Shown piece by piece: positions 29,660-42,007 of a DNA stretch of 64,000 nt; positions within the stretch are counted from its first letter, which is position 1, and every line of letters begins with the position of its first letter. The stretch covers positions 1 through 64,000 of the forward strand of contig CAVSPA010000004.1 of the NCBI GenBank assembly GCA_963729715.1, read 5' to 3'. A model generated the notes under the pieces. It had not been told where the DNA came from and made no database searches. It saw only the letters and a program-made list of their open reading frames with translations. This stretch comes from an uncultured delta proteobacterium (lineage in GTDB: Bacteria; Desulfobacterota; Syntrophia; Syntrophales; UBA2185). A program made the position numbers and the translations under genes.

Positions 29660-31870
29660 ATGCGAAAGACGGCAAAAAATAAGAAGGCTCCTCCCGAACT
29701 GGGCGAACGGATAAGACATCTCGAGGAAATCAATCGTTGGACATTGGATGCCCTGGATATGGCCGTTTCTTTTGGTGACTTGCATAACAGCAGTCCTCTC
29801 GATCAGGAACCGGCCGCGATTTTCAGAGCAACGAGGGCGCATCTTGAGCGTCTGCTGTCCTTCAGGTTACTCGCGCTTTTTATGGTGGACGAGACAAGTT
29901 CTGATTTCGTCCTCGTTGATTGCGAACCGGAATCGGGTTCGTTCATGATCAGAAAAGAGGTTGACTTTCACATTGCCGAGGGAGTTTTTTCCTGGGCCTT
30001 GTATCAAAACCGGGCTGTTACTGTTCCTGCAAAATACTTCAAGAAGACGGTAGTATTTCATGCCTTAGTTACGCGATCACAGGTAGTAGGGATGGCGGTG
30101 GGGATTCTTGCAGACGATGAACTCGTAGTCAATAACGTATTATCCAACCTCCTTACCATAATACTGTCTAATACGGCTCGGGCCTTGGAGAACGCCATTC
30201 TCTACAAGAAAATAAATGATGCGAACAGGGAGCTTGAAGATATTGTCAGAAAGCGTACGCAGGAATTACAAAAGGCATTGGAGACGGCAAATGTATTGAA
30301 TATTGCCAAGAGTCAGTTTCTCGCGAACATGAGCCATGAGATCAGGACGCCCATAAATGGCATCATTGGCTTTACAGGGTTGCTGCTCTCCACAGATTTG
30401 AATGAAGAGCAGGGCAGCTATGTGGACACTATCAAGAAAAGCAGCGACGCATTAATGTTTCTGATCAACGACATTTTGGATTTTTCAAAGATCGAAGCGG
30501 GCGAGTTGAAGTTGGAGTATATCGATTTTGATCCCGAAGACATTGCCTACGACGTGTGTGAACTTATTCAGCCGAAGTATGGAAGCAAATCCATCGATTT
30601 TCTGTGCCGGATTGGAGACGGTCTTCCTTCCAGCGTCAGGGGGGACCCCTATAGATTTCGGCAGGTCTTATTAAATTTAGTGGATAACGCAGCAAAATTT
30701 ACCGAGACCGGTGAAATTGAGCTTTACCTTGATCTGGAGGAAAGAAGAGACCACCAAGTGAAGATTCGATCGATAGTGAGGGACACGGGTATCGGTATTC
30801 CTGCAGATAAGTTATCCACTATTTTTGATTCGTTCAGACAGGTTGATTGTTCATCGACCCGGAAGTATGGAGGGTCCGGGCTTGGTCTATCCATATGCAA
30901 ACAACTGTCAAGATTGATGAATGGCGATGTGTGGGCTGAGAGCAAGACGGGTAGCGGTTCTCAATTTCATTTCACTGCCTGTCTCGATGAGCCTTTCAGT
31001 GAAAAAGTTGAAGATCATGTTTCTCTTGCTGGCAGAAAGATACTTATCGCTGGCAGAAACAGGACAAATCTCGAGATTCTCTCACACATGGTTGCATCTT
31101 CCGGAATGGGCTTCATGACGACAGAAAAGGGAGATGAGGTCTTGCCCTCTTTAATCAACGCCCGCAACTATGGCGATTTTTTTGACATCTGCATGCTTGA
31201 CGTCAGACTATCGGACATAAACATCAATAAGATTATTGAAATGATCCAGGCTGCGAGAATCAAAGATATTCACATCCTTGTGTTCGGCCCGCTCAATTCG
31301 AGAGTTGTCCTGGAACATCGGACATGGGCCACAATTTCCTTCATTCAGACCCCGATCAGAAAGCGCAGGCTGATACAAACGATAGAGGAAATGATAAAGG
31401 TCACTGAAAACAGGGGAGATGGTAATATTATTCGTAATAAAGAGAAAAGTCACACTTCGCAAACTGTTGCATCAGCCGGCCTTCAGTTGAGAATACTTCT
31501 TGCCGAAGATAATATAGTCAATCAGAACTTGGTAAAGATCATGTTGGGTAAAGCGGGGCACTGCGTCGAACTCGCAAACAACGGCCGAGAGGCAATTGAA
31601 AAACTCATCAAGACAGATGATCCGTTTGACTTGATTTTCATGGACATTCAAATGCCCGTCATGGATGGTCTGGAAGCCACAAAAATCATCAGAAGCAGAG
31701 GGTATGGAGACATTCCCATAATAGCATTGACGGCGAGTGCGATGGAGGAAGACCGCCTTAGTTGTCTTAAGGTCGGCATGGATGATTATCTTGCAAAACC
31801 GGTTAGAACGGAGGTCGTAAAGGAGGTAATAGAGAAATGGGCTCCTCGAAGGAAGAATCAATCAGTCTGA
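29660..31870 (+). CDS. Hybrid sensor histidine kinase/response regulator (GAF-like, HK, degenerate REC, REC)
   Basis: [49 protein letters not shown]. Confidence 0.93.
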   Translation: MRKTAKNKKAPPELGERIRHLEEINRWTLDALDMAVSFGDLHNSSPLDQEPAAIFRATRAHLERLLSFRLLALFMVDETSSDFVLVDCEPESGSFMIRKEVDFHIAEGVFSWALYQNRAVTVPAKYFKKTVVFHALVTRSQVVGMAVGILADDELVVNNVLSNLLTIILSNTARALENAILYKKINDANRELEDIVRKRTQELQKALETANVLNIAKSQFLANMSHEIRTPINGIIGFTGLLLSTDLNEEQGSYVDTIKKSSDALMFLINDILDFSKIEAGELKLEYIDFDPEDIAYDVCELIQPKYGSKSIDFLCRIGDGLPSSVRGDPYRFRQVLLNLVDNAAKFTETGEIELYLDLEERRDHQVKIRSIVRDTGIGIPADKLSTIFDSFRQVDCSSTRKYGGSGLGLSICKQLSRLMNGDVWAESKTGSGSQFHFTACLDEPFSEKVEDHVSLAGRKILIAGRNRTNLEILSHMVASSGMGFMTTEKGDEVLPSLINARNYGDFFDICMLDVRLSDININKIIEMIQAARIKDIHILVFGPLNSRVVLEHRTWATISFIQTPIRKRRLIQTIEEMIKVTENRGDGNIIRNKEKSHTSQTVASAGLQLRILLAEDNIVNQNLVKIMLGKAGHCVELANNGREAIEKLIKTDDPFDLIFMDIQMPVMDGLEATKIIRSRGYGDIPIIALTASAMEEDRLSCLKVGMDDYLAKPVRTEVVKEVIEKWAPRRKNQSV

Positions 31871-32187
31871 GACAGATGGCAGAAAATGTTGGCCTAAAAG
31901 AGGAAGAGTACCTGCCGCTCTTGGTGCTCTTCATAGAAACGAGCATTTGTCATTTAAACGAACTCAAATCAGACATACTTAAGGGAGATTCAAGAAAAGT
32001 TTATGAAACAATTCATAACATAAGGGGTGCCGCAGAGAACCTCGGCATACCGGAAATGTCGGAAGTCGCAAAAGCAATGGAGCTTGAGGCACGGAAAGAT
32101 GTACTCGCAGGCGCGGAAGAGGCGAGAGAAACTCTGGTTGAGAAACTTGGATATTTAACAAAAGTCTCTCATTTGAGGTACAATTAA
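31837..32187 (+). CDS. Hpt phosphotransfer protein
   Basis: [12 protein letters not shown] (HxxKG-type) motif, directly after the hybrid kinase. Confidence 0.85.
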   Translation: MGSSKEESISLRQMAENVGLKEEEYLPLLVLFIETSICHLNELKSDILKGDSRKVYETIHNIRGAAENLGIPEMSEVAKAMELEARKDVLAGAEEARETLVEKLGYLTKVSHLRYN

Positions 32188-32239
32188 TGCATATTAAATT
32201 GCAGTTATTATGTAGTCAACAGAGAATGAATTATCTTGA

Positions 32240-34234
32240 GTGATAGCCAAGGAGGCTGACAGCGTATCAATGGCGACCCAGATTCTCGAAACTACCAGTA
32301 AGGGCTTAAATAGAGAGAAAAAGGTGTTGGTTGTAGACAACAACCCTGTAATGCTGAGCTTTATGAACAACTTACTGGTGAGCCACGGGTACCAGGTATC
32401 AACTGCAGAAGATGGTCTGGCCGTCCTGAAGATTCTGGAAACCCAGAAGCCGGACGTCATAATTACTGACCTTATCATGCCGAATATCAGCGGTGAGAAG
32501 CTATGCCGGACGATAAGAAAAATGCCGCACATGAACGATGTCTACGTCATTATTTTGTCAGCTGTTGCTGCCGAACATGAAACTGACCTGGCTGACCTCG
32601 GCGCTAATGTCTGCATTGCCAAAGGCTCCTTCAATAAAATGTCGGAGCGGATCCTGGCAACTCTGGACAGATTAGATTCTTCTGCACCACATGTGTTCGC
32701 GAATGAAATTATAGGAATACACGATACGTCACCACGCGATATTGCAAAGGAATTACTTTCTTTGAAGAGCCACTTGGAAGTTATTTTGTCAAGCATGTCA
32801 GACGGAATCTTCGAAGTTACCTCTGAAGGAGATATTATCTACGCCAACCCGACCGCCATTTCCATTGTCGATTTACCGGAGGAAACGCTCCTGGCCTCAA
32901 ATGTCCTTGAGTTATTTCACGAAATTGACCGGATGAAGGTGGACAAACTCTTTAAGAACGGGGAAAAGACCGCTCCAAATGCGAACGGTTCTTCCTATCG
33001 ACTCGTAAATGGTAAAGATGTTTCCCTCAGCATCCTGCCGATTAAGGACGAAGAGAATAAGGTAATCGTAATACTCAAAGACCTAAGCGATCGAAAGGTT
33101 CTTGAAGCAAGGCTGAGACAGGCTCACAAGATAGAGGCCATCGGCACATTAGCCGGTGGCATCGCCCATGATTTCAACAATCTTCTTATGGGTATCCAGG
33201 GGTATGCATCCCTCATCCTCTTCGATATGAATACAAACCATCCCCATTACGAAAAGCTAAAAAGAATTGAGGATCATGTGAGAAGCGGTGCTGAGTTGAC
33301 CAAGCAGCTTCTCGGATTCGCCCGTGGCGGGCGGTACGAGGTTGCGGTTGCAGACTTGAACGAGGTTATCGATAAGACTTCGACGATGTTTGGCAGGACA
33401 AAGAAGGAGATAACGATCCACAGAAAGTTTGAGGAAAATCTCTGGACGGTTGAGGTTGATCGCGGGCAGATCGAGCAGGTTTTCCTGAATCTCTACGTAA
33501 ATGCCTGGCAGGCTATGCCGGGAGGCGGAGATATATACCTGGAAACAACTAATGTTACTATCAATAAGGGATACATGAAACCCTTTTATGTGAAACCGGG
33601 AAGATACGTGAAGGTTTCTGTGACGGACACTGGTATGGGCATGGATGAAAAGACGAAGGAGAGGATATTCGAGCCGTTTTTCACGACGAAGGAGATGGGC
33701 AGAGGCACGGGCCTCGGGCTTGCATCCGTTTATGGCATCATCAAGGGTCATAACGGCATAATAAATGTCTACAGTGAGAAAGGGCACGGTGCGACATTCA
33801 CCGTCTATCTTCCCGCTTCGGAGAAGGAGTTTGTAAAGGAGGCTCACGTCCCCACAGACGTGGTAAAGGGCGAGGGCACGATCCTCCTCGTGGATGACGA
33901 AGAGATGATCGTTGAAGTGAGCCGCGAGCTGTTGGAAGTATTAGGATACCGTGTTCATGTGGCAAAGAATGGCAGGGATGCCGTAGAAATATATAAAGAG
34001 AAGCAGGCCGAGATCAATGTGGTTATTCTAGATATGATTATGCCAGGTATGGGAGGCGGGGAGACATTCGAGGTTCTTAAGTCAATAAACCCTGACGTCA
34101 GGGTGATCCTGTCGAGCGGGTACAGCATAAACGGCAAGGCAAAGGAAATTATGAAACGCGGCTGCAAGGCATTCATACAGAAGCCATTCCAGATGGGCGA
34201 CTTATCCGACAAAATAAAAAAGGTCTTAGATTAA
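32240..34234 (+). CDS. Hybrid histidine kinase REC-PAS-HK-REC (CckA-like core)
   Basis: VLVVDNN...TDLIMP; YANPTA PAS; GTLAGGIAHDFNN; FEPFFTTK; ILLVDDE...LDMIMP. Confidence 0.93.
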   Translation: MIAKEADSVSMATQILETTSKGLNREKKVLVVDNNPVMLSFMNNLLVSHGYQVSTAEDGLAVLKILETQKPDVIITDLIMPNISGEKLCRTIRKMPHMNDVYVIILSAVAAEHETDLADLGANVCIAKGSFNKMSERILATLDRLDSSAPHVFANEIIGIHDTSPRDIAKELLSLKSHLEVILSSMSDGIFEVTSEGDIIYANPTAISIVDLPEETLLASNVLELFHEIDRMKVDKLFKNGEKTAPNANGSSYRLVNGKDVSLSILPIKDEENKVIVILKDLSDRKVLEARLRQAHKIEAIGTLAGGIAHDFNNLLMGIQGYASLILFDMNTNHPHYEKLKRIEDHVRSGAELTKQLLGFARGGRYEVAVADLNEVIDKTSTMFGRTKKEITIHRKFEENLWTVEVDRGQIEQVFLNLYVNAWQAMPGGGDIYLETTNVTINKGYMKPFYVKPGRYVKVSVTDTGMGMDEKTKERIFEPFFTTKEMGRGTGLGLASVYGIIKGHNGIINVYSEKGHGATFTVYLPASEKEFVKEAHVPTDVVKGEGTILLVDDEEMIVEVSRELLEVLGYRVHVAKNGRDAVEIYKEKQAEINVVILDMIMPGMGGGETFEVLKSINPDVRVILSSGYSINGKAKEIMKRGCKAFIQKPFQMGDLSDKIKKVLD

Positions 34235-34756
34235 ACAATCATTAAGATACAATTGATTTCGAATCTTTCAATATATGCAGCTGCCTGCAGCTGCTGTTAA
34301 GTATGGCTCTGCATATCCCTTTCGGTCTCCCACGAACAAGAAACTAAAAGAAGTATCTGCGGAAATCAAACGCTACGAAAAATGAGACTGTAACAATGTC
34401 CTGCGAGGGGAAATGTATTTCCCCCGCGGCCCCCGTCCGCCATTGATTGCCTAAAGCTCACACGTCTCTTGACCTCACCGCGGAAGACGCAAATGAAATA
34501 ATTATGCGAAACGCTCTCGCCGTAAAAGCGCCCGGACTGAATTTTTCGGAGTTAAAAATTTGTTGACTATAAATTGCCCTTATATTAGTTGTTTAACCTT
34601 ATCCGAAGTTTGCTACGGAGAATCTTTGGTTCTTAAGGAACAGTATCGTCCGCATGCGGCGAACATGGCCTTTCGCGGCTACTCGAAGGATTGAAGTGAA
34701 TGGAGCATGGGCAATCTTATAGTGCCCGCAATAACTATTTAGGATGATTGTAGAGA

Positions 34757-36082
34757 TTGCAGAAAAAATTATTTATCTACACATTTGGCTGTCAGATGAA
34801 TGTCCACGATTCTGAAAAGATCGCGGCATTGATGGAGAAGTCGGGATACGCCAGCGTGGACGATGCCGGGAAGGCCGACCTTATCATCATCAACACGTGC
34901 AGTATTAGAGAAAAGGCTGCACAGAAGGTATACAGTCAGCTGGGCAGGCTGAGAGAATTTAAGAAAAGGAAACCCAAACTCATCATTGGAGTGGGGGGGT
35001 GTCTTGCTCAACAGTGGGGATCGAAGTTCATCGAAAGAGTTCCTCACCTCGATCTGGTTTTCGGGACACATAACATACACAGTCTTCCCGATTTGGTAAC
35101 GACGATTGAAAAGACGAGGCTTCCTGTAGTTCGCACGGAATTTCATGAGAGAGTGAAGTCTCTTGGCATCCTGGCACCAACTGAAAATGGCAATGTGACG
35201 GCATATGTAACCATAATGCAAGGCTGCAATAATTTTTGTTCCTACTGTGTCGTTCCTCATTTGCGGGGCAAAGAGGAGAGCAGATCATTGCCGGAGATTG
35301 TAAAGGAAGTGGAGGTGCTGGCCGGTCGCGGCATTAAAGAAGTTACACTCCTTGGGCAGAATGTCAATTCATACGGCAAGGCCATCGGCAATGGACATGA
35401 CTTTGCAGATTTACTGCACGAAATCGGGTCGATCACGGGTATCGAAAGGATAAGATTTACTACCTCGCACCCGAAGGACCTCTCTGACAGACTGGTACGC
35501 TGTTTTTCAGAGGTCGATAAATTATGTGAACATATTCATCTTCCCGTGCAGACAGGTTCTGACAGAGTCCTTGAAATGATGAACAGATGTTATACAAATG
35601 CCGAATATTGTGAGAGGGTGGATAAGCTCAGGTCCGTATGCCCGGAGATCAGCATTACTTCAGACATTATTGTAGGATTTCCCGGCGAAACAGACGGGGA
35701 TTTTCAAGCAACAATTGACATGATGGAAAAAATCAGGTTTGATAACTTGTTCTCTTTCAAGTACTCGGAACGGGATGGGACTGCCGCAGTAGAACTCGGC
35801 GACAAGGTGAGCGAATACGTTAAAAATGATAGGCTCAAAATTGTCCAGGCCCTTCAAGAAAAGCATACCTTGGAAAGAAATGAGGCGATGATAGGGAATA
35901 AGGAAGAAATTCTCGTTGAGGAAATAAGCAAGAACTCCAAAGAAGATGTGACAGGCAGAACACGCACCAATAAGATTGTGAACTTCAGGGGAGGCCGTGA
36001 AATGATCGGCAACGCTGTGCCTGTTTTGATTACCGGCGGGTATCAACATTCTCTGAGGGGGAGGTTACTGAATGTTAATTAA
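34757..36082 (+). CDS. miaB: tRNA-2-methylthio-N6-dimethylallyladenosine synthase MiaB
   Basis: TFGCQMNVHDSE, NTCSIREKA, GCNNFCSYCVVP radical SAM motif, LLGQNVNSY, TRAM domain. Confidence 0.96.
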   Translation: MQKKLFIYTFGCQMNVHDSEKIAALMEKSGYASVDDAGKADLIIINTCSIREKAAQKVYSQLGRLREFKKRKPKLIIGVGGCLAQQWGSKFIERVPHLDLVFGTHNIHSLPDLVTTIEKTRLPVVRTEFHERVKSLGILAPTENGNVTAYVTIMQGCNNFCSYCVVPHLRGKEESRSLPEIVKEVEVLAGRGIKEVTLLGQNVNSYGKAIGNGHDFADLLHEIGSITGIERIRFTTSHPKDLSDRLVRCFSEVDKLCEHIHLPVQTGSDRVLEMMNRCYTNAEYCERVDKLRSVCPEISITSDIIVGFPGETDGDFQATIDMMEKIRFDNLFSFKYSERDGTAAVELGDKVSEYVKNDRLKIVQALQEKHTLERNEAMIGNKEEILVEEISKNSKEDVTGRTRTNKIVNFRGGREMIGNAVPVLITGGYQHSLRGRLLNVN

Positions 36083-36572
36083 GATGAAGGTTGCAGGATT
36101 AACGATAGACCCGCTGACGAATACGCCCATCGTAATTTTAAAGGATATGGATGAGAAAAAGGCCATTCCTATATGGATAGGTCTTTTTGAGGCAAGTGCC
36201 ATTGCGACGGAGTTGGAGAAGATCACTTTTTCCAGGCCCATGACTCACGATCTCATTTATGAAATTCTGAAGGCTGTCAATATAGAGGTAATCCAGATTG
36301 AGATCCATGACCTCAGGAATAACACCTTTTTTGCCAATGTCCATCTGTTAAGAAGCGGCGAGACAGTAGTTGTTGACTCCCGGCCGAGTGACGCCATTGC
36401 CCTCGCCTTGCGCGCCAATGCCCCCATATATGTGGATGAAAAGGTCATCGAGAAATCGAGGAATGTTGACTTCGGCAAGAAAATAACGGACCTCGATACT
36501 TTAAAGGATGATAAATTGAAAGAATTTTTGGAGAATCTTTCTCCTGACGATTTTGGAAAATATAAGATGTGA
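36072..36572 (+). CDS. Bifunctional nuclease family protein (DUF151)
   Basis: PIWIG..EA, RPMTHDL, DSRPSDAIALALR. Confidence 0.93.
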   Translation: MLIKMKVAGLTIDPLTNTPIVILKDMDEKKAIPIWIGLFEASAIATELEKITFSRPMTHDLIYEILKAVNIEVIQIEIHDLRNNTFFANVHLLRSGETVVVDSRPSDAIALALRANAPIYVDEKVIEKSRNVDFGKKITDLDTLKDDKLKEFLENLSPDDFGKYKM

Positions 36573-36742
36573 GGCCTTTGCGATATCTGAGAGTTAAGAA
36601 CACTGATCAATATAATAGGCTGCAGCCTTACAGGATTTGATTTCCATCAATAAGTGACTGTAACAGTTTTTATGTTCGCCACGAGAGAGTACGGACGTGC
36701 TTGTATTTGAAAAAACTTCGTGGCTCTTATTTTTTGAGAGAT

Positions 36743-37723
36743 ATGGAAAGGGAAATTGCAAATTTTGGGATTCACATGGAGGTTGAGAGGAATCTCTCGC
36801 CGAATACAAGAAAGAATTACATTGCCGATCTCAGGCAATTCAAGGCCTTTCTTGACGCGAACAACATATCTGCGAAGGTAGATGATATGGAAGGCATGAT
36901 TGACGTTGACCACATGGTCATCAGAGCCTTCTTGGGATCTCTCTATCGTGAAAAGCTCAAGAAGGTAACAATATCGAGGAAGGTTACTGCTCTCAGGACT
37001 TTTTTCAATTATCTTGAACGCAAAGGAAAGATAAAGGTCAATCCCGGGCAGATGGTGCAGGGTCCAAAGATAGAGAAATATGTGCCTCAATTCCTGTCGG
37101 TGGAAGAAATGTTCAGTCTGCTGAACTCAAAAATCCCGACACACGCCTTTGGTTTGAGGGACAGGGCCATTGTTGAGTTATTTTATTCTTCGGGTATTCG
37201 CCTCTCTGAACTTGCAGGCCTAAACAGGCGTGATGTGGATTACAGCCTGGGCCTCATGAAAATCAGGGGAAAGGGAAAGAAAGAACGGATGGTCCCGGTT
37301 GGCGATAAGGCAGTTGCTGCCCTGAAAACATATCTTGAAAAAAGAAATGAAATCTCTCCGGGAAATACAAAGACTGGTTCGGATGAACCGATCTTCATCA
37401 ACAGAGCAGGCACGAGGCTGAGTACGAGGAGTGTGGCAAGGATCCTGGATAAACTGGTGCTTGCGAGCGGACTGGGGAAAAAAATAAGTCCCCACATGCT
37501 AAGACACACCTTCGCAACGCATATGATGGAAGCAGGCGCTGATCTCAGGGCCATTCAGGAATTTCTCGGTCATGAGAGCCTTTCGACAACGCAAAAGTAC
37601 ATGTCTGTCACCGTCGGCAGGCTGCTGGAGGTTTACGATAAGGCCCATCCGAAGGCCAGAGGTAATAAACCCGAAAAAGAGGAAGTTCACGCAGGAGAGA
37701 ATAATGCAACAGAGGCGAAGTGA
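36743..37723 (+). CDS. xerC: Tyrosine recombinase XerC
   Basis: [56 protein letters not shown]; upstream of hslVU. Confidence 0.9.
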   Translation: MEREIANFGIHMEVERNLSPNTRKNYIADLRQFKAFLDANNISAKVDDMEGMIDVDHMVIRAFLGSLYREKLKKVTISRKVTALRTFFNYLERKGKIKVNPGQMVQGPKIEKYVPQFLSVEEMFSLLNSKIPTHAFGLRDRAIVELFYSSGIRLSELAGLNRRDVDYSLGLMKIRGKGKKERMVPVGDKAVAALKTYLEKRNEISPGNTKTGSDEPIFINRAGTRLSTRSVARILDKLVLASGLGKKISPHMLRHTFATHMMEAGADLRAIQEFLGHESLSTTQKYMSVTVGRLLEVYDKAHPKARGNKPEKEEVHAGENNATEAK

Positions 37724-37758
37724 TCAAGAAGACTCTTCGCGGGAGGTCTAAAGCGCTC

Positions 37759-38337
37759 ATGAATATAAGAGGAACAACGATATTGGCCGTCAGGCACAAT
37801 GGAAAAGTCACAGTCGCCGGCGATGGTCAGGTTACAGTTGATGTCACGATAATGAAGCACGGGGCCAGAAAGGTCCGCAGACTATACAATAATCAGGTCA
37901 TTGTCGGTTTTGCGGGTGCAACGGCTGACGCCTTCACCCTCTTTGACCGCTTCGATCAGAAGCTTGAGCAGTACAAGGGCAATCTATTGAGGGCCGCCGT
38001 TGAACTCACGAAGGACTGGAGGACGGACAGGGTATTGAGGCATCTGGAGGCATTAATGATTGCCGTGAGCAAAGAGCACTTCCTGATCATTTCAGGAAAC
38101 GGAGATGTCATCGAATCCGATGACGATGTAATGGCGATAGGGTCCGGGGGGCCTTACGCTCTCGCAGCGGCGCGCGCGCTTATCAGGTATTCGGGTTTGA
38201 CGGCAACGGAGATAGCAAAAGAGGCCCTTAAGATAGCGTCAGAAATATGTATTTACACAAATGACAATATTACCGTCGAGGAGTTGGACGTTAATCCGAA
38301 ACCGGACGGTAGGAGCGACAGGAAATCGAAGCAATAA
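37759..38337 (+). CDS. hslV: ATP-dependent protease subunit HslV
   Basis: [32 protein letters not shown]. Confidence 0.96.
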   Translation: MNIRGTTILAVRHNGKVTVAGDGQVTVDVTIMKHGARKVRRLYNNQVIVGFAGATADAFTLFDRFDQKLEQYKGNLLRAAVELTKDWRTDRVLRHLEALMIAVSKEHFLIISGNGDVIESDDDVMAIGSGGPYALAAARALIRYSGLTATEIAKEALKIASEICIYTNDNITVEELDVNPKPDGRSDRKSKQ

Positions 38338-38448
38338 ATTGGTTGGAATAGGGTCGAGACTTTTACCGCAGTGACCATGATCTGTGGTGCAAGCTGTGCT
38401 TTGAATTTGTAAAGAAACTGTCATGGATGGGAAAAGGCAAAAATTATT

Positions 38449-39831
38449 ATGTCATCTAAGGAATTAACGCCGCGGCAGATCGTGGAAAGATTGGACAAGT
38501 ACATCATCGGTCAAGGCGAGGCCAAGAAGGCGGTGGCGATCGCGCTCAGAAACAGGTGGAGGCGCCAGAATGTGACGAAAGAACTGGCAGAAGAAATATC
38601 TCCGAAGAACATCATCATGATCGGGCCAACCGGCGTAGGCAAGACGGAGATCGCCCGGAGACTGGCGAAGCTCGAAAACTCCCCTTTCCTGAAAGTGGAG
38701 GCGTCAAAGTTTACCGAGGTCGGTTACGTCGGCAGGGATGTGGAATCCATGGTTCGCGATCTCGTTGAACTGGCCGTGAACATGATTAAATCGGAAGAGC
38801 AGGAGAATGTAAAGCCCAAGGCGGCTGAGCTGGCGGAGGAAAGACTTCTCGATGTTCTGCTGCCGCCAAAGCCTGTGGAGAGGAAGGTGGAAGATCTCAT
38901 TTCCGACAGACACCTGGAATTGCACGAAGCCGGAGAGCCTCTGCAAATTGATAATACTCGTGAAAAGATGCGGAGACTTCTCCGCGAGGGGAAGCTTGAT
39001 GGCCGCTTTGTGGAATTAGAGATATCGGAAACGAGAAGCGGCCCGATGATAGAAGTATTTACATCTTCCGGCATCGAGGATATGGGTTTGAACATCAAGG
39101 AGATGTTTGGAAATATCTTTCCGCAGAAGAAAAAGAAGCGAAGGGTGAAAGTTCCCGAGGCGCTGGAAATATTGGGACAGGAAGAGGCCCAGAGACTGGT
39201 GGACATGGACAAGGTTACAAGAACCGCCGTCGAAAGGGTTGAGCAGTCGGGCATCATCTTCCTCGATGAGATTGATAAGATCGTGGGTAGCGATTCAACG
39301 CACGGCCCGGATGTTTCAAGAGAAGGCGTTCAAAGGGACCTCCTCCCCATTGTGGAAGGTTCCACGGTAAACACACGCTATGGAATGGTTAAGACGGACC
39401 ACATACTTTTTATCTCTGCGGGTGCATTCAGCTCCTCGAAGCCATCCGACCTGATCCCTGAGCTTCAGGGGCGGTTTCCCATCAGGGTCGAGCTGGATTC
39501 CCTCGGGAAGGAGGAGTTCATCCGCATCCTGACGGAACCGCATAATGCCCTTATCAGGCAGTATATAGAAATGATGGCCACCGAGCAGGTCAAGCTGTCA
39601 TTCACGGACGATGCAATTGCGGAGGTCGCCGAAGTGGCGGCAGTGGTGAACGAGAGAACGGAAAACATAGGGGCCAGGCGGCTCTACACCATTATGGAGA
39701 CTCTCCTCGATGACATCTCCTTCGATGCCCCCGATATGGCGGGGAAGGAAGTAGTCATTGATGCCAATTATGTGAAGGAGAAACTCGAGAACATCGTCGA
39801 GGATGAAGACTTGAGCAGGTACATCCTTTAA
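38449..39831 (+). CDS. hslU: ATP-dependent protease ATPase HslU
   Basis: [43 protein letters not shown]. Confidence 0.97.
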   Translation: MSSKELTPRQIVERLDKYIIGQGEAKKAVAIALRNRWRRQNVTKELAEEISPKNIIMIGPTGVGKTEIARRLAKLENSPFLKVEASKFTEVGYVGRDVESMVRDLVELAVNMIKSEEQENVKPKAAELAEERLLDVLLPPKPVERKVEDLISDRHLELHEAGEPLQIDNTREKMRRLLREGKLDGRFVELEISETRSGPMIEVFTSSGIEDMGLNIKEMFGNIFPQKKKKRRVKVPEALEILGQEEAQRLVDMDKVTRTAVERVEQSGIIFLDEIDKIVGSDSTHGPDVSREGVQRDLLPIVEGSTVNTRYGMVKTDHILFISAGAFSSSKPSDLIPELQGRFPIRVELDSLGKEEFIRILTEPHNALIRQYIEMMATEQVKLSFTDDAIAEVAEVAAVVNERTENIGARRLYTIMETLLDDISFDAPDMAGKEVVIDANYVKEKLENIVEDEDLSRYIL

Positions 39832-39843
39832 CGGGAGATTAGT

Positions 39844-40734
39844 ATGGATACTATAGGGAAGTCCATTGAGCGGGCCGAAATTTTGCTGGAGGCCCTCCCT
39901 TATATACGCAGGTTTTATAACAAGACCGTCGTCATCAAGTACGGCGGCCATGCCATGGTCGATGCGGAGCTGAAGGATCAGTTCGCCAAGGATGTGGTTA
40001 TGATGAAGTATATAGGCATCCATCCTGTGGTTGTTCACGGGGGCGGCCCGCAGATCGGCAGCTTCCTGAAAAAACTGGGCAAGGACTCTAAGTTTGTCCA
40101 GGGCATGCGGGTAACTGATGAAGAGACAATGGACATTGTAGAGATGGTCCTCGTGGGCAAGGTTAACAAGGAAATTGTTGGTCTCATAAATCAACACGGC
40201 GGCAAGGCGGTGGGTCTCAGCGGAAAGGACGGCAATCTGATCCGGGCGGAAAAATATTATCTGAGTGAAGAGAAGGCAAAGGCTACGCCTCCGGAAATTA
40301 TCGACATCGGCCTCGTAGGGAAGGTCAAGAGCATCAATGCAGAGTTGATTGTTTCCCTCGAGAATAATGGTTTTATTCCTGTCATCGCTCCCACCGGCCT
40401 GGGAGACAATGGCGAGACATATAATATAAATGCGGATATCGTTGCCGGCGAAGTGGCGGCTGCGCTTAAGGCGGAGAAATTGGTTCTCTTGACTGATGTG
40501 GAAGGTGTTGTCAATGCAGACGGGCATTTGGTCAATACCATGACGGACAGGGACGTTGTGAGCATGATAGATACCGGGACTATAAGCGGAGGCATGTATC
40601 CTAAGGTTAAGTGCTGTCTCAAAGCGCTTAACGGTGGTGTAAAGAAAACCCATATTGTGGACGGGCGTTTGAAGCATGCAGTGCTTCTCGAAATGTTTAC
40701 GGATAGAGGCATAGGAACAGAAATAGTTTTGTAA
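39844..40734 (+). CDS. argB: Acetylglutamate kinase
   Basis: [34 protein letters not shown]. Confidence 0.97.
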   Translation: MDTIGKSIERAEILLEALPYIRRFYNKTVVIKYGGHAMVDAELKDQFAKDVVMMKYIGIHPVVVHGGGPQIGSFLKKLGKDSKFVQGMRVTDEETMDIVEMVLVGKVNKEIVGLINQHGGKAVGLSGKDGNLIRAEKYYLSEEKAKATPPEIIDIGLVGKVKSINAELIVSLENNGFIPVIAPTGLGDNGETYNINADIVAGEVAAALKAEKLVLLTDVEGVVNADGHLVNTMTDRDVVSMIDTGTISGGMYPKVKCCLKALNGGVKKTHIVDGRLKHAVLLEMFTDRGIGTEIVL

Positions 40735-40816
40735 GAGATCTTTGAGATTGCCTTCGAAGGTGCTCAGGGCCAGTTCTCAGCTTAGTAAAGTATTTTAAGA
40801 CTAAGGTGGTTGATAA

Positions 40817-42007
40817 ATGACAACAGATGAATTAATGGTGCTATCAGATAAATATATTATGTCGACTTATAAACGCTTTCCCATAGTGCTCGTGAGGGGC
40901 TCCGGCGCAAAGGTCTGGGACAGCAACGGGAAAGAATACCTTGACTTCGTTGCAGGGATTGCCGTTTGCAGCCTGGGACATTCGCATCCTAAAGTGGTTG
41001 AGGCAATAAAGAAGCAGGTGGAGATTCTTACCCATGTGTCCAACCTCTACCATATAGAACCGCAGATTCTTTATGCACAGAAACTCATGGAAAACTCTTT
41101 CGCCAACAAGGCGTTCTTCTGCAATAGCGGGGCTGAGGCAAATGAAGCAGCGATAAAACTTGCCAGGAAGTATGCCTATGAGAACATGGGCGCGGGAAAA
41201 TATGAACTGATTACCATGAAAGATTCTTTCCACGGGAGAACGATGGCGACGGTGACTGCGACCGGACAGACTAAGTTTCAAGTCGGGTTTGCGCCGCTTC
41301 TGGAGGGATTCCAACATGTGCCGTTTGACGATATTTCTGCGCTCAGCCACGCAATTACGGATAAAACATGCGGAGTCATGCTGGAGCCGATCCAGGGAGA
41401 AGGGGGCGTAAAGATTCCTGATGACAAGTATCTTTCAAAAGTGAGAAGAATCTGCGATGAAAAGGGAATACTCATGATTCTTGACGAGGTTCAGGTGGGG
41501 ATGGCAAGGACGGGAACCCTTTTCGCTTACGAACATTATAATGTAGAGCCTGATATCGTCACGCTGGCAAAGGCCGTCGGCAATGGCTTCCCCGTAGGCG
41601 TGATGATGGCCACCGATCGTGTTGCATCTGCGTTTCAGCCGGGCAGTCATGCCTCAACCTTCGGCGGAAATCCTCTCGCCATGGCGGCAGCGCTGGCAAC
41701 CCTGGATGCCATCCTGAAGGATGGTATTCTCGAAAATGTGAGGAAGGTAGGGGCTTATTTCATAAAGAGGCTGCACGAGCTGAAAAAAAAGTCATCCATC
41801 ATAAAGGAAATAAGAGGGAGAGGTTTGATCATCGGCATAGAGATCAGCATCGACGGGTCGCCGATAGTCAATGCGTGCATGGACCGGGGCTTGTTGATCA
41901 ATTGCACCGGTGGAAGCGTTCTTCGATTCGTCCCGCCATTGACTATTACGGAGAAAGATGTAGATGCTGCCGTGGCAATTCTGGGCGAGGTGATTAAAGA
42001 TAAATGA
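40817..42007 (+). CDS. argD: Acetylornithine aminotransferase
   Basis: GIAVCSLGH, NSGAEANEAAIK, SFHGRT, DEVQ, TLAK, STFGGNP. Confidence 0.95.
   Translation: MTTDELMVLSDKYIMSTYKRFPIVLVRGSGAKVWDSNGKEYLDFVAGIAVCSLGHSHPKVVEAIKKQVEILTHVSNLYHIEPQILYAQKLMENSFANKAFFCNSGAEANEAAIKLARKYAYENMGAGKYELITMKDSFHGRTMATVTATGQTKFQVGFAPLLEGFQHVPFDDISALSHAITDKTCGVMLEPIQGEGGVKIPDDKYLSKVRRICDEKGILMILDEVQVGMARTGTLFAYEHYNVEPDIVTLAKAVGNGFPVGVMMATDRVASAFQPGSHASTFGGNPLAMAAALATLDAILKDGILENVRKVGAYFIKRLHELKKKSSIIKEIRGRGLIIGIEISIDGSPIVNACMDRGLLINCTGGSVLRFVPPLTITEKDVDAAVAILGEVIKDK

Noticed and set aside
36743..37723. xerC as the island integrase
   Set aside because: It lies 13 kb outside the att repeats in the housekeeping xerC-hslVU context and lacks the IntI-specific insertion.
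39598..40677. 359-aa minus-strand ORF
   Set aside because: Antisense to hslU and argB, which are unambiguous genes.
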